This document shows positions 1 through 10,608 of a stretch of 64,000 nucleotides of DNA, one piece after another (positions within the stretch are counted from its first letter, which is position 1; the number at the start of each line of letters is the position of its first letter). The notes beneath the pieces are model-generated. The model was not told the origin of the DNA. It was given only the letters and a program-made list of their open reading frames with translations, and did no database searches. Position numbers and translations under genes: made by a program. Origin of the DNA: an uncultured Actinomycetota bacterium (GTDB lineage Bacteria; Actinomycetota; Actinomycetes; JAFAQI01); the NCBI GenBank assembly GCA_963770565.1, contig CAVYQE010000010.1:64001-128000 (forward strand), given 5' to 3'.

Positions 1-1
1 C

Positions 2-115
2 GGTACGACGCCGACTCCGGCCGGCACGCCGACCACGGCCGGGACACCGACCCCGGGGACGTCAACCGCAGCCACGCCATCGACCGATGGGGCCTCCTCG
101 GCCCCGGCGAGCTAG
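2..115 (+). CDS. 3' end of an upstream gene (partial); Thr/Pro/Ala-rich tail
   Basis: The frame from base 2 reads GTTPTPAGTPTTAGTPTPGTSTAATPSTDGASSAPAS to TAG at 113-115. This stop overlaps the AGGAG SD of the next gene. Confidence 0.5.
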   Translation, partial: GTTPTPAGTPTTAGTPTPGTSTAATPSTDGASSAPAS

Positions 116-127
116 GAGCAGTCCGCA

Positions 128-850
128 ATGACTGAGACATCGTTGATTCCCGATGGCGCGACTGCGACCGACGACGGTGTCGGCGGCATGCTGCCGGCCC
201 AGCACGACCCGGACAGTGGCGAGGGCGGCAACCGCCGCCGCCTGCTGATCCTCGGCGCGGTAGCCGGCGTCATCGTCCTCGCCGCGGCGGCCTATTTGCT
301 GCTACACAAGGGCTCGTCGAGCGCCCCGTCGGCCGTTGTGCCGCACGGTGTCGTCTCCTCGGCGCCGGCCAACCATCCGTCGCCGGCCAAGACCACCAAG
401 AAGCACGGTGGCACGAAGACCCTTCCGAAGGCGAACAAGCACCAGCTCGCTCGTGACCCGTTCATCCCGCTGATCGTGGCTCCGGCTGAGACCAACGGAT
501 CGTCGTCGACCGGCACCGGCACGGGCACCACGCCGACCACCTCGCCGTCCACCGGTGCGACCCCGACCCCGACGCCGACCCCGACGAACTCCGGCGGCAC
601 CGGCTCATCGGCTGGGCCGCACTGGATCCAGCTCCTGAGCGCCAATGGCCAGACCGCCGTGTTCAAGGTCGGTTACGGGAACCACAAGTTCCGCAAGTAC
701 ACGGTGGTGGCGCCGAAGGCGAGCAGCCACCAGGGCACCATCTTCGCGAAGGTGTTCGCGCTGATCTCGGTGCAGAAGAACGAGGCAACGGTGCAGTTCG
801 GCGACGACGCACCGTTCATCCTGACAAAGGGTCAGATCCAGGCACCTTGA
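128..850 (+). CDS. Single-pass membrane protein with Pro/Thr/Ser-rich linker; possible type IV pilus accessory (PilP-like)
   Basis: AGGAG SD; RRR followed by a TM helix (LLILGAVAGVIVLAAAAYLLL); RDPF motif; TP repeats; beta-rich C-terminus. Confidence 0.55.
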   Translation: MTETSLIPDGATATDDGVGGMLPAQHDPDSGEGGNRRRLLILGAVAGVIVLAAAAYLLLHKGSSSAPSAVVPHGVVSSAPANHPSPAKTTKKHGGTKTLPKANKHQLARDPFIPLIVAPAETNGSSSTGTGTGTTPTTSPSTGATPTPTPTPTNSGGTGSSAGPHWIQLLSANGQTAVFKVGYGNHKFRKYTVVAPKASSHQGTIFAKVFALISVQKNEATVQFGDDAPFILTKGQIQAP

Positions 851-861
851 CCCGCTGGCTC

Positions 862-894
862 CGACCCCGCCACGGTGACCCCGTGGTGGGGTCG
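862..894 (+). terminator. GC-rich hairpin after the first ORF
   Basis: 14-bp stem cgaccccgccacgg / ccgtggtggggtcg (one G-U pair) with a 5-nt loop and a weak U tail. Confidence 0.5.
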
Positions 895-944
895 TTGCAT
901 GTCGCGGCAGGTCCTGCGGGCGCTCGGACCGGCAGAATGGACCG

Positions 945-2120
945 GTGCTGCGTTGGCTGACCGCCGGTGAGTCCCATGGTCCCGCTCTTGTCGCGGTCCT
1001 CGAGGGCTTGCCCGCGGGCACCCGGATCACGACGGCGGAGCTCCGTGCGGAGCTCACCCGACGGCGGGCCGGTTACGGGCGCGGTGCGCGGATGTCGTTC
1101 GAGGAAGACGCGGTCGAGGTGCTCGGCGGAGTGCGCCACGGGGTCACGCTCGGCTCGCCGATCGCCGTACTGATCCACAACTCTGAGTGGCCCAAGTGGC
1201 AAACCGTCATGTCTGCCGACCCGGTGGACCCGGCCGAGCTCGAGGGTCTGGCCCGGGCCGCACCGCTGACCCGGCCCCGGCCGGGCCACGCGGACCTGGT
1301 CGGCATGCAGAAGTACGGCTTCGACGATGCCCGTCCGGTGCTCGAGCGCGCGAGTGCGCGCGAGACGGCGGCCCGGGTCGCCCTCGGCTCGGTGGCGCGG
1401 GCGTTCCTGGCCCAGGCGCTCGACGTCGATCTGCTGAGCCACGTCGTGGCGATCGGGTCGGTGTCGGCCGCAGGTGAGGTGCCGGGCCGTGGGGACCGCG
1501 AGCGGATCGACGCCGACCCGGTCCGGTGCTTCGACCCGTCCACCAGCGCGGCGATGGTGGCCGAGATCGATGCGGCCAGAACGGACGGCGACACCCTCGG
1601 CGGCGTGGTCGAGGTAGTGGTTCACGGTCTGCCGCCCGGCCTCGGCAGCCACACCCATTGGGATCGGCGGCTCGACTCCCGGCTCGCCGGCGCGCTGATG
1701 GGGATCCAGGCGATCAAGGCGGTCGAGGTCGGTGACGGCTTCACGACCGCAGGGCGGCGGGGTAGTGAGGCGCACGACGAGATCGAAGCGGGCGCCGACG
1801 GGGTCCAGCGCCGGACCGGACGAGCCGGGGGAACCGAGGGTGGGATGAGTACGGGCGCGGTGCTGCGGGTGCGTGCGGCAATGAAGCCGATCTCGACGGT
1901 TCCCCGTGCGCTCGACACGGTCGATGTGCGCACCGGCGAGGCGGCGAAGGCGATCAACCAGCGCTCCGACGTGTGCGCCGTGCCGGCGGCCGGTGTCGTG
2001 GCCGAAGCCATGGTTGCCTTGGTGCTGGCCGATGCGGCGCTGGAGAAGTTCGGCGGTGACTCGGTCGCGGAGACCAGGCGCAACCACGACCTATACCGTG
2101 CCGCCCTGGTCGTTCGGTGA
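945..2120 (+). CDS. aroC: Chorismate synthase
   Basis: [25 protein letters not shown] and MKPISTV motifs. Confidence 0.97.
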   Translation: MLRWLTAGESHGPALVAVLEGLPAGTRITTAELRAELTRRRAGYGRGARMSFEEDAVEVLGGVRHGVTLGSPIAVLIHNSEWPKWQTVMSADPVDPAELEGLARAAPLTRPRPGHADLVGMQKYGFDDARPVLERASARETAARVALGSVARAFLAQALDVDLLSHVVAIGSVSAAGEVPGRGDRERIDADPVRCFDPSTSAAMVAEIDAARTDGDTLGGVVEVVVHGLPPGLGSHTHWDRRLDSRLAGALMGIQAIKAVEVGDGFTTAGRRGSEAHDEIEAGADGVQRRTGRAGGTEGGMSTGAVLRVRAAMKPISTVPRALDTVDVRTGEAAKAINQRSDVCAVPAAGVVAEAMVALVLADAALEKFGGDSVAETRRNHDLYRAALVVR

Positions 2121-2614
2121 CCCCTCTGGTTGTCCTGGTCGGCCCACCCGGTGCCGGCAAGACCACGGTCGGCCGGCTGCTGGCCGAACGCCGGCAGGTC
2201 GGCTTTCGCGACACCGACGCTGATGTCGAGGCGGCGGCAGGGACCGCGATCGCCGAGATCTTCGTCGACCGCGGTGAAGCGGTGTTCCGCGAGCTCGAAC
2301 GCGAAGCGGTCCAGCGCGCGCTGACCGAGCATGACGGCGTACTCGCGATCGGGGGCGGGGCGGTGACCGACGCGGGCACCCGCTCCGCGCTCACCGCGCA
2401 ACGGGTCGTCTTCCTCGACGTGGGGCTGAGCGACGCGGTCGGGCGGGTCGGACTGAACCGCGATCGGCCCCTGTTGCTCGGCAACCCACGGGCCCAGCTC
2501 AGGGTGATGCTCGAACAGCGCCGCGCGTTGTACCAGCAGGTCGCTTCTGTCACGGTGTCGACCGACGGTCTCACCCCGGATCAGGTCGTCCTCGCGGTCG
2601 AGGCGGAGCTGTGA
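2117..2614 (+). CDS. aroK: Shikimate kinase
   Basis: [10 protein letters not shown]-loop, DTD, GGG and RPLL motifs; GTGA overlap with aroC. Confidence 0.95.
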   Translation: MTPLVVLVGPPGAGKTTVGRLLAERRQVGFRDTDADVEAAAGTAIAEIFVDRGEAVFRELEREAVQRALTEHDGVLAIGGGAVTDAGTRSALTAQRVVFLDVGLSDAVGRVGLNRDRPLLLGNPRAQLRVMLEQRRALYQQVASVTVSTDGLTPDQVVLAVEAEL

Positions 2615-3681
2615 GCACCGTGGTCGCCATCGGCGGTCCCGCGCCGTACGACGTCGTCATCGGCCACGGGCTGGCCGAGCAGCTCCCGGCCTTGGTGGCC
2701 GGGGCCGCCACGGTTGTGACAGTGGCCGATACCAAGGTCGAGGACCGCCTCCCGGCACTGCACGAGGCGCTGCGGGCCGCCGGTCACGAAGTGTCCGGGC
2801 TCACCGTCACCGAGGGCGAGGCGGCCAAGTCGCTCGAGACGGTGGCCGGCCTGTGGGAACGGCTCGGCGAGCTGCGGATCACCCGATCGGACGCGATCGT
2901 CGCGATCGGCGGCGGCGCGACGACCGACTCAGTCGGCTTCGTCGCCGCGACCTGGCTTCGGGGCATTCGCGTGGTTCATCTGCCGACGACGCTGCTCGGC
3001 ATGGTGGACGCGTCGATCGGCGGGAAGACCGGGATCAACACCGCGGCCGGCAAGAACCTGGTCGGTGCGTTTCACCAGCCGGCCGGTGTGCTGGTCGACC
3101 TCGACGTGCTGTCGACCCTGCCCGACCAGCAATGGGTCGACGGGATGGCCGAGGTCGTCAAGGCCGGGTTCATCGCCGACCCGACGATCCTCGACCTGGT
3201 CGAGCTCGATGTCGTGGCCGCCGCGACGCCGCGCGGGGCCCACACCCGTGAGCTGATCGAGCGATCGGTCGCAGTCAAAGCCGAGGTCGTGTCGCGCGAT
3301 CCGCGCGAGTCCGGACCGCGCGAGTTCCTGAACTACGGCCACACCCTCGCCCATGCGATCGAGCAGGTCGAGCACTACCGGATGCCGCACGGCCACGCGG
3401 TCTCGATCGGGCTGGTGTTCGCGGCCGCACTGGGCCGGCGCTCGGGTCGGCTCGACCCGGCGATCGCCGACCGGCACGGCGACCTCCTGAGCCGGCTCGG
3501 GTTACCGACCACTTATCGCCGAGACGCCTTTTCGGCCCTGTCGGACGTGATGCGCATCGACAAGAAGGCGCGCGGCGCGGTGCAACGCTTCGTGATCCTC
3601 GACGGGCTCGGAAAGCCTGCAATCCTTGAAGATCCGGACCCCTCATTACTCGAGGCGGCCTACTCGGAGGTGGCGGCATGA
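2611..3681 (+). CDS. aroB: 3-dehydroquinate synthase
   Basis: [45 protein letters not shown] and HGHAV motifs. Confidence 0.97.
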   Translation: MSTVVAIGGPAPYDVVIGHGLAEQLPALVAGAATVVTVADTKVEDRLPALHEALRAAGHEVSGLTVTEGEAAKSLETVAGLWERLGELRITRSDAIVAIGGGATTDSVGFVAATWLRGIRVVHLPTTLLGMVDASIGGKTGINTAAGKNLVGAFHQPAGVLVDLDVLSTLPDQQWVDGMAEVVKAGFIADPTILDLVELDVVAAATPRGAHTRELIERSVAVKAEVVSRDPRESGPREFLNYGHTLAHAIEQVEHYRMPHGHAVSIGLVFAAALGRRSGRLDPAIADRHGDLLSRLGLPTTYRRDAFSALSDVMRIDKKARGAVQRFVILDGLGKPAILEDPDPSLLEAAYSEVAA

Positions 3682-4106
3682 GCTCGCGCGTCCTGATCCT
3701 GAACGGACCCAACATCGGCCGGCTCGGGCTCCGCGAGCCGGCGATCTACGGCACCGCGTCGTACGCCGATCTGGTCGCCGCCTGCGTCGAGGAGGGTGCC
3801 GTGCTCGGGCTGGAGGTGGAGGTGCGGCAGACCGACGACGAGGCCACGTTCCTTGGGTGGTTGCACGACGCCGATGCAGCCGGCCTGATCCTCAACCCGG
3901 GCGCGTGGACGCACACCAGCATTGCGGTCAGGGACGCCGCGTCGCAGTTGGCGGCGCCGTTCGTCGAGGTCCACCTGTCGAACCCACTGGCCCGGGAAGA
4001 CTTCCGGCACACCTCATATACCGCCGGTCTGGCGGCCGGCATGATTGCCGGGTTCGGCGTGGACTCCTACCGGCTCGCGTTGCGCGCGCTGGCCACGAGA
4101 ATCTGA
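3678..4106 (+). CDS. aroQ: Type II 3-dehydroquinate dehydratase
   Basis: LNGPN..LG.REP..YG, NPGAWTHTS and EVHLSN...RE.FRH motifs. Confidence 0.95.
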   Translation: MSSRVLILNGPNIGRLGLREPAIYGTASYADLVAACVEEGAVLGLEVEVRQTDDEATFLGWLHDADAAGLILNPGAWTHTSIAVRDAASQLAAPFVEVHLSNPLAREDFRHTSYTAGLAAGMIAGFGVDSYRLALRALATRI

Positions 4107-4107
4107 C

Positions 4108-5181
4108 ATGACCGCGCATGCACCGCGCCGGGCTGCGGTGGTGGGCGCTCTGCCGGACGGCATCGATGCGTTCCTGGTGAGCCGGGTGGTCAACGTTCAC
4201 TACCTCACCGGATTCACCGGGTCGAACGCCGCGCTGTTGTTGGGCCGGGACGGCTCCGCGGTCTTCGCCACCGACGGGCGGTATCTCACGCAAGCGGCCG
4301 CGGAGGTGCCCGATCTCGAGTGCGTCGACGCCAGGGCAAGTGCGAACACGCTGGTGACCCGGGCGGTCGCGGTCGGGGTCGGCCGGCTCGGGATCGAGGC
4401 ATCCGAAGTGACCGTGAGCCAGTTGGAGGCCTTGCGAGCAGCCGCGGAGGACAAGGTCGAGCTCGTCGCAGTGGGGGAGATCGTCGAGTTGCTCCGCGCG
4501 GTGAAGGACGGCGGCGAGCTCGAGCGCCTCGGCCGGGCGTGCGCCATCACCGATGCCGCGTTTGCCGACGTGCTCCCCGAGTTGCGGCCCGGGGTGACCG
4601 AACGCGAGGTCGCCTGGTGGTTGCACACCTCGATGCGCGACCACGGTGCCGACGGGCTGGCGTTCGACTCGATCGTCGCGTTCGGCCCGCACAGCGCGAT
4701 CCCGCATCACCAACCGACCGAGCGGGTGCTCGAGCCCGGCGACCTCGTGAAGATGGACTTCGGCGCGAGGTACGACGGCTACCACGCCGACATGACCCGC
4801 ACCGTGGTCATGTCGCCGGCGGCGCAGTGGCAGCGCGACCTGCACACCCTTGTGTTCGAGATTCAGCAACGATGCGCCGGGGCCGCCGTGGTCGGAGCGC
4901 TTCCCCGTGATCTCGATGCCGCCGCTCGAGCCGCCATCGAGTCGAGCGGGTACCAGCCCTCGCACGGCCTCGGTCACGGCGTCGGTCTCGAAGTCCACGA
5001 GCGCCCGTTCTTGTCGGTGACGTCCTCCGATCCGGCCCTGGTCGAGAACGCGGCGGTCACGATCGAACCCGGGATCTACCTGCCGGAGCGGGGCGGGGTC
5101 CGGATCGAGGACTCGGTGGTCGTCTCATCGGGTGGCTCGAGATCCCTCACGAACTCGGAGCGTGCGCTCATCGAGTGCTGA
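4108..5181 (+). CDS. pepQ: Xaa-Pro aminopeptidase (M24 family)
   Basis: YLTGFTGS, DGRY, HGLGHGVGLEVHE and TIEPGIY..GGVRIED motifs; ATG at 4108. Confidence 0.9.
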   Translation: MTAHAPRRAAVVGALPDGIDAFLVSRVVNVHYLTGFTGSNAALLLGRDGSAVFATDGRYLTQAAAEVPDLECVDARASANTLVTRAVAVGVGRLGIEASEVTVSQLEALRAAAEDKVELVAVGEIVELLRAVKDGGELERLGRACAITDAAFADVLPELRPGVTEREVAWWLHTSMRDHGADGLAFDSIVAFGPHSAIPHHQPTERVLEPGDLVKMDFGARYDGYHADMTRTVVMSPAAQWQRDLHTLVFEIQQRCAGAAVVGALPRDLDAAARAAIESSGYQPSHGLGHGVGLEVHERPFLSVTSSDPALVENAAVTIEPGIYLPERGGVRIEDSVVVSSGGSRSLTNSERALIEC

Positions 5182-5232
5182 GCGGCACCGGATCGGCTCA
5201 AGCGAAGCCGGGTTTCGTTCGACATCATTCAG

Positions 5233-6423
5233 ATGGACGCGATCCGCCGCCTTGGGCACCTCGGGCTCCGGGTCCGTTACCTGGTGCTCCTGGCGTGGGC
5301 GTACGCCTGGTTTGCGATCGCGTACGAGACCCGGCCTAAGGGCGTCCTGACCGACTGGCTGTGGTTCGAGTTCGGGGCACGGACCTTGATCCATCTCAAC
5401 TCGCACTACGCGACTGGAGCCCTGGGCCTTTACGCGCACTCCCCGGAGATCCAGATCGGGCCGCCGCCGCTCGCGATCGTCGCCTGCTTCCAGTGGCTGT
5501 CACCCCTGACGGTCCGACTCCTGATGACCATCCTCATGGTGGCTGCGGGCGTCTGGTGCGTCCGGTGCGTCGAGCTCACTGCCATCCGTCGCAAGACTCT
5601 GGCGCGGGGCCGGTCCCTGCAGACCGTGATCCTGCTCGCGGGACTCGTCATCGTACCGATCTGGGCCTGGGAGTCCGCGCGTTGGGCGCATCTCGACGAC
5701 GTGATGGCGATCACCGGCGCGATGACCGCGATGGCCATCATCGCCAGCGGGAAGCGCTGGTGGCTGGTCGCCCTCATCCTGGGTATCGCGATCGCGTCCA
5801 AGCCGTGGGCGCTGATCATCACGCCCTGCCTGCTCGGCCTGCCGCGCGAGGAACGGGCCAAGGCAACCCTGCTGACGATCCTCACAGCCGGCGCCTGCTG
5901 GGGTCCGTTCATCGTGGGTGATCCGCAGACGATTCACGCGCTCGGCAGCTTCCAGTTCCCGGTGGATGCCGGCTCGACGATGCATTTCCTCGGCATGCCG
6001 ATCGGCAACGCGCCGAACTGGGTCCGGCCGGTGCAGTTCCTCGGCGGCCTGCTGGTGTCGATCCTGGCGGCCCGGCGGGGCCGCTGGATGGCTGTTCCGC
6101 TGATCGGCTTCGGCTTCCGGGTCTTCATGGACCCGCAGATGTGGCTCTACTACGGGCTCGGTCCGATCGTCGGCGCCGCCCTGTGGGACTGCTCCTCGCG
6201 CCGAAAGCTGCCGGTGTGGACCGCGGTCACCGCCATCGTGGAGTACGCGGTGCCGACGATCTCACCGCCGTGGTCGGGACCGGTGCGGCTGGTCTGGTTC
6301 GCCGTCCTTGCGGTCGTGATCCTGCGACCCAACCGCGACGTCGTCGCGGCCACCTCGGATCCAACGAGTACGCCGACGGCCACCACGCCGGCATTGACGG
6401 TGGCGACCTCTTCAAGCGTCTGA
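5233..6423 (+). CDS. Polytopic membrane protein, glycosyltransferase GT-C/family 87-like
   Basis: About 9-10 hydrophobic segments; acidic first loop (TDW..FE), GPPP, HLDD and KPW patterns typical of GT-C mannosyltransferases. Family assignment is inferred. Confidence 0.6.
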   Translation: MDAIRRLGHLGLRVRYLVLLAWAYAWFAIAYETRPKGVLTDWLWFEFGARTLIHLNSHYATGALGLYAHSPEIQIGPPPLAIVACFQWLSPLTVRLLMTILMVAAGVWCVRCVELTAIRRKTLARGRSLQTVILLAGLVIVPIWAWESARWAHLDDVMAITGAMTAMAIIASGKRWWLVALILGIAIASKPWALIITPCLLGLPREERAKATLLTILTAGACWGPFIVGDPQTIHALGSFQFPVDAGSTMHFLGMPIGNAPNWVRPVQFLGGLLVSILAARRGRWMAVPLIGFGFRVFMDPQMWLYYGLGPIVGAALWDCSSRRKLPVWTAVTAIVEYAVPTISPPWSGPVRLVWFAVLAVVILRPNRDVVAATSDPTSTPTATTPALTVATSSSV

Positions 6424-6489
6424 GCAATCGGTCCCACGCCACCGCCCGCATAAGATGGAAGACCATCTGATCCAGGGAGCTCTTCCGCT

Positions 6490-7053
6490 GTGGCTACGAC
6501 CAACGACCTGAAGAACGGCATGACGCTTGACCTCGACGGCGTGCTCTGGAACGTCGTCGACTTCCAGCATGTCAAGCCGGGCAAGGGCGGCGCGTTCGTG
6601 CGCAGCAAGCTCAAGAACGTCATGACCGGACAGGTGGTCGACCGGACCTTCAACGCCGGGGTCAAGGTCGAGGTCGCAAACGTGGACAAGCGCGAAATGA
6701 CCTACCTCTACCAGGACGGCGCCGACTACGTCTTCATGGACGTCGACAGCTACGAGCAGGTGCACGTGCCGCCGGCTGCGGTCGGCGATGCGAAGGACTA
6801 CCTCCTCGAGAACACCAACGCGACGGTCGCGATGCACGACGGCGTGGTTCTCTACATCGAGCTTCCGGCGTCGGTGGAGCTGCTGATCACCTACACCGAG
6901 CCCGGGATGCAAGGCGACCGTTCAACCGGCGGGACCAAGCCGGCCACCCTGGAGACCGGCGTCACCGTGCAGGTACCGCTGTTCGTCGTCCAGGGCGAAA
7001 AGGTCAAGGTCGACACCCGGGACGGCCGTTACATCAGCCGCGTCAGCAGCTAG
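6490..7053 (+). CDS. efp: Elongation factor P
   Basis: [28 protein letters not shown] and VKVDTRDG motifs. Confidence 0.98.
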   Translation: MATTNDLKNGMTLDLDGVLWNVVDFQHVKPGKGGAFVRSKLKNVMTGQVVDRTFNAGVKVEVANVDKREMTYLYQDGADYVFMDVDSYEQVHVPPAAVGDAKDYLLENTNATVAMHDGVVLYIELPASVELLITYTEPGMQGDRSTGGTKPATLETGVTVQVPLFVVQGEKVKVDTRDGRYISRVSS

Positions 7054-7058
7054 CCACC

Positions 7059-7463
7059 GTGGCCGCACGGAGCAAAGCCCGCAAGCGAGCGATCGACGTC
7101 CTGTTCGAGGCCGATGTCCGCGAGGTCGACCCGCGCGACACCCTGTCGGCCTGGATCGAGCGCTCCGATCCGCCGGTGCCCGAGTACTCCCGCGAGCTCG
7201 TGGACGGTGTCGTCGCGCACCGGGCCAGGATCGACGAGGTTCTGGCCGCGTACGCCGAGGACTGGACCCTGGAGCGGATGCCGCCGGTGGATCGCGCCGT
7301 GTTGCGGCTGGCGTTGTTCGAGCTGTTGTGGTGCGACTCGGTTCCGGATGCGGTGGTCATCGACGAGGCGGTCGAGCTGGCCAAGTCGCTGTCCACCGAG
7401 GCCTCGCCCGGCTTCGTGAACGGACTGCTCTCGCGGGTCCTGCGTGATGGCGTGCCGGTGTGA
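7059..7463 (+). CDS. nusB: Transcription antitermination factor NusB
   Basis: ARSKARKRA, W.LERM..VDRAVLR, EAVELAK and FVNGLL motifs. Confidence 0.96.
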   Translation: MAARSKARKRAIDVLFEADVREVDPRDTLSAWIERSDPPVPEYSRELVDGVVAHRARIDEVLAAYAEDWTLERMPPVDRAVLRLALFELLWCDSVPDAVVIDEAVELAKSLSTEASPGFVNGLLSRVLRDGVPV

Positions 7464-7500
7464 CCGATCGCGGCTGATACTGTGCCGTCAGCAACTTGCC

Positions 7501-7537
7501 GTCCTTTAACCCCGTCCTGTGAGGCGGAGAAGGAGGT
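7501..7537 (+). promoter_or_regulatory. PyrR-binding RNA element overlapping the pyrR SD
   Basis: tcctttaa-cccc-gtcctgtgaggcg-gagaaggagg. It has the CUUUAA and GUCCNGNGAGGC PyrR loop motifs, and its outer stem tcctt/aagga covers the SD. Confidence 0.8.
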
Positions 7538-7543
7538 GCCGCG

Positions 7544-8206
7544 ATGGCGGCTGCCCCGCGCCACGTCGCCAGTGCCACTGCCGGACTCCCGGCGGACCCC
7601 CCGGACCAGTTGACGAGCGATTCTCCGATCGCTCGTTCGGTCCTCGACGCCACCGATCTCAACCGCGCGCTCACCCGGATCTCGCACGAGATCGTCGAGC
7701 GCAACCACGGGGCCGGCGACCTCGTGGTGCTCGGCATCCCGACCAGAGGCGTCCCGCTGGCCCGGCGGATCGCCGCCCAGATCGCCTTGATCGAGTCCGG
7801 CCCGGTCCCGGTCGGTGCGCTCGACACGACGATGTACCGCGATGACCTTCGGCTGCGGGGCGTGCGGGCCCTCGAGCTCACCGAGATCCCGGTCGAGGGC
7901 GTCGACGGCCGGACGGTGGTGCTGGTCGACGACGTGCTGTTCTCGGGCCGGACGATCCGAGCGGCGCTCGACGCGCTGTCCGACCTCGGCCGGCCGCGCG
8001 CCGTACAGCTGGCGGTGCTCATCGACAGAGGCCACCGAGAGCTGCCGATCCGCGCCGACTATGTCGGCAAGAACCTGCCCACCGCGCTGACCGAGACGGT
8101 CCATGTGCAACTGGTCGAGCACGACGACCGGGATGCGGTCCTGCTCAGACCGACGGACGAGCCGCGCGCCGCGGGATCACCAGCCGTCGAGGAGGCCGGA
8201 CGATGA
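7544..8206 (+). CDS. pyrR: Pyrimidine operon regulator / uracil phosphoribosyltransferase
   Basis: [31 protein letters not shown] and [17 protein letters not shown] motifs. Confidence 0.96.
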   Translation: MAAAPRHVASATAGLPADPPDQLTSDSPIARSVLDATDLNRALTRISHEIVERNHGAGDLVVLGIPTRGVPLARRIAAQIALIESGPVPVGALDTTMYRDDLRLRGVRALELTEIPVEGVDGRTVVLVDDVLFSGRTIRAALDALSDLGRPRAVQLAVLIDRGHRELPIRADYVGKNLPTALTETVHVQLVEHDDRDAVLLRPTDEPRAAGSPAVEEAGR

Positions 8207-9156
8207 ACCGCCACCTGCTCTCGGCCGGCGACCTCTCCCGCGAGGACGCACTGCTGGTGCTCGACACCGCGGCCGAGATGGACGCCGCCCTTGCCGGCCG
8301 CAGCATCAAGAAGCTGCCCACCCTGCGCGGCCGCACCGTGGTCAACCTGTTCTTCGAGGACTCCACCCGGACCCGCACGTCGTTCGAGGTCGCCGCGAAG
8401 CGGCTGTCGGCGGATGTCATCAACTTCGCGGCGAAGGGCTCGAGTGTCAGCAAGGGGGAGTCGCTGAAGGACACCGCGCTGACCCTCGAGGCAATGGGTT
8501 CGGACGCGGTGGTGGTCCGCCACGGCGCGAGCGGCGCACCCCACCGGCTCGCCCATTGGATCCGGGGCAGCGTGGTCAATGCCGGCGACGGCACGCACGA
8601 GCATCCGACCCAGGCGCTGCTCGACGCGTACACGATGCGACGCCGCACCGGTCGGCTGGAGGGGCTCAATGTCGCCATCGTCGGCGACGTCCTGCACTCA
8701 CGAGTCGCGCGGAGCAACGTCCTGTTGCTCTCGACGCTCGGCGCCGACGTCACCGTGATCGCGCCGCCCACGTTGTTGCCGGTCGGTGTGCCGGTCTGGC
8801 CCTGCGCGGTCTCCTACGACCTCGACGCGGTGCTGCCCAAGGCCGATGTCGTGATGATGCTTCGGGTCCAGCACGAGCGGATGCACGGCGGGTTCTTCCC
8901 GACCACTCGTGAATACTCGCGCCGCTACGGACTCGACGCGCAGCGGATGGCGTTGCTGCCGGACGACGCGATCGTGATGCATCCGGGCCCGATGAACCGC
9001 GGTGTGGAGATCGCCGCAGAGGTCGCCGACAGCGTCCGCTCGACCATCGTTGAGCAGGTGGCCAACGGAGTGTCGGTCCGGATGGCGGTGCTCTATCTCC
9101 TGCTAGGCGGGCAGACCGGCATCGATCCGGGCGCCGGCGACGGGGGTGCGGCATGA
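8203..9156 (+). CDS. pyrB: Aspartate carbamoyltransferase catalytic subunit
   Basis: [36 protein letters not shown] and MHPGPMNRG motifs. Confidence 0.98.
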   Translation: MNRHLLSAGDLSREDALLVLDTAAEMDAALAGRSIKKLPTLRGRTVVNLFFEDSTRTRTSFEVAAKRLSADVINFAAKGSSVSKGESLKDTALTLEAMGSDAVVVRHGASGAPHRLAHWIRGSVVNAGDGTHEHPTQALLDAYTMRRRTGRLEGLNVAIVGDVLHSRVARSNVLLLSTLGADVTVIAPPTLLPVGVPVWPCAVSYDLDAVLPKADVVMMLRVQHERMHGGFFPTTREYSRRYGLDAQRMALLPDDAIVMHPGPMNRGVEIAAEVADSVRSTIVEQVANGVSVRMAVLYLLLGGQTGIDPGAGDGGAA

Positions 9157-10436
9157 GCGACGTCGGGGCGTGGGTGATCGAGGGTGTCCGCCCACTCGGT
9201 GGCGACCCGGTCTCGCTGTACGTCGAAAGCGGGCACCTGGTCGACGAGCGACCCGTCGGGGCGCAGGTCGTCGATGCCGACGGGCTGATCGCACTGCCCG
9301 GCTTGGTGGACCTGCACACGCACTTGCGCGAACCGGGCCGTGAGGATGCCGAGACGATCGAGACCGGCACGATGGCGGCCGCACTCGGTGGGTTCACCGC
9401 AGTGCATGCGATGGCGAACACCGATCCGGTCGCGGATGTCGCCGGTGTGGTCGAGCAGGTGTGGCGCCTCGGAGAGACGGCCGGTCACTGCGACGTCCGC
9501 CCGGTCGGCGCGGTCACTCTCGGCCTGGCCGGCCAGCGGCTCGCCGAGCTCGGCGCAATGGCGGACTCGGCGGCGCAGGTCCGGGTCTTTTCCGACGACG
9601 GCAACTGTGTGCACGACCCGTTGCTGATGCGGCGGGCGCTTGAGTACGTGAAGGCATTCGACGGCGTGATCGCCCAACATGCCCAGGAGCCGCGGCTCAC
9701 CGAGGCGGCCCAGATGAACGAGGGCGACCAATCCGGCGTACTCGGGTTGGCCGGCTGGCCCGCGGTCGCCGAGGAGGCGATCATCGCGCGGGACTGCCTG
9801 CTCGCGGCGCACGTCGGCTCGCGGGTGCACTTCTGTCATGTGTCGACTGCCGGCTCGGTGGAGCTGGTCCGCTGGGCCAAGGGCAAGGGCTGGGACGTCA
9901 CGGCCGAGGTCACGCCGCACCACTTGCTGCTCACCGACGACCTGGTCAGCTCCTACGACCCGGTCTTCAAGGTCAATCCGCCGCTACGGACCGAGGCCGA
10001 CGTGATGGCATTGCGCGCCGCCCTGGCCGACGGCACGATCGATGCGGTCGCGACCGACCACGCGCCACATGCGCTGGAGGACAAGGAAACCGAGTGGGCC
10101 GCGGCTGCCTTCGGTATGACCGGCCTGGAGACTGCGCTCTCGGTCGTTGCCGCCTCGATGGTCGAAACCGGGCTGCTCGACTGGGCTGGGGTGGCCGACC
10201 GGATGAGCACCCGGCCGGCCCGGATCGGGCGGCTGTCGCGGCACGGCCAGCCGCTGGTGGCCGGCTCAGCGGCCAACCTCTTGCTCATCGATCCCGCCGC
10301 CCGCTGGACGGTCGACCCGAGCCTGTCCGTGAGTCGCAGCCGCAACACCCCGTTCGCCGGCCGCGAGCTCCCGGTCCGGGTGGTCGCGACCTTCCTGCGT
10401 GGCCGGCCCACCGTGTTCGATGGAAAGCCGGCATGA
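9153..10436 (+). CDS. pyrC: Dihydroorotase
   Basis: [17 protein letters not shown] and ATDHAPH motifs. Confidence 0.96.
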   Translation: MSDVGAWVIEGVRPLGGDPVSLYVESGHLVDERPVGAQVVDADGLIALPGLVDLHTHLREPGREDAETIETGTMAAALGGFTAVHAMANTDPVADVAGVVEQVWRLGETAGHCDVRPVGAVTLGLAGQRLAELGAMADSAAQVRVFSDDGNCVHDPLLMRRALEYVKAFDGVIAQHAQEPRLTEAAQMNEGDQSGVLGLAGWPAVAEEAIIARDCLLAAHVGSRVHFCHVSTAGSVELVRWAKGKGWDVTAEVTPHHLLLTDDLVSSYDPVFKVNPPLRTEADVMALRAALADGTIDAVATDHAPHALEDKETEWAAAAFGMTGLETALSVVAASMVETGLLDWAGVADRMSTRPARIGRLSRHGQPLVAGSAANLLLIDPAARWTVDPSLSVSRSRNTPFAGRELPVRVVATFLRGRPTVFDGKPA

Positions 10437-10455
10437 CCACACCTGCGGGCTGCCC

Positions 10456-10608
10456 GTGACCCTCGCGACCAAGACCGTCCTCGTCGACCCGCACCCGTTC
10501 TGGGGCGGGTGGGTGGTCGGGCTGATCGCCGCCCTGCTGTTCCTCGGCTTCGCCGCCTGGATCGTCTTCCAGCGGGTGCGCCACGGTCGAGGCGGTGACG
10601 ATGACTGA
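10456..10608 (+). CDS. Small (~50 aa) single-TM membrane protein
   Basis: GTG at 10456; [26 protein letters not shown] segment followed by basic residues; its stop overlaps the carA start region. Confidence 0.55.
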   Translation: MTLATKTVLVDPHPFWGGWVVGLIAALLFLGFAAWIVFQRVRHGRGGDDD

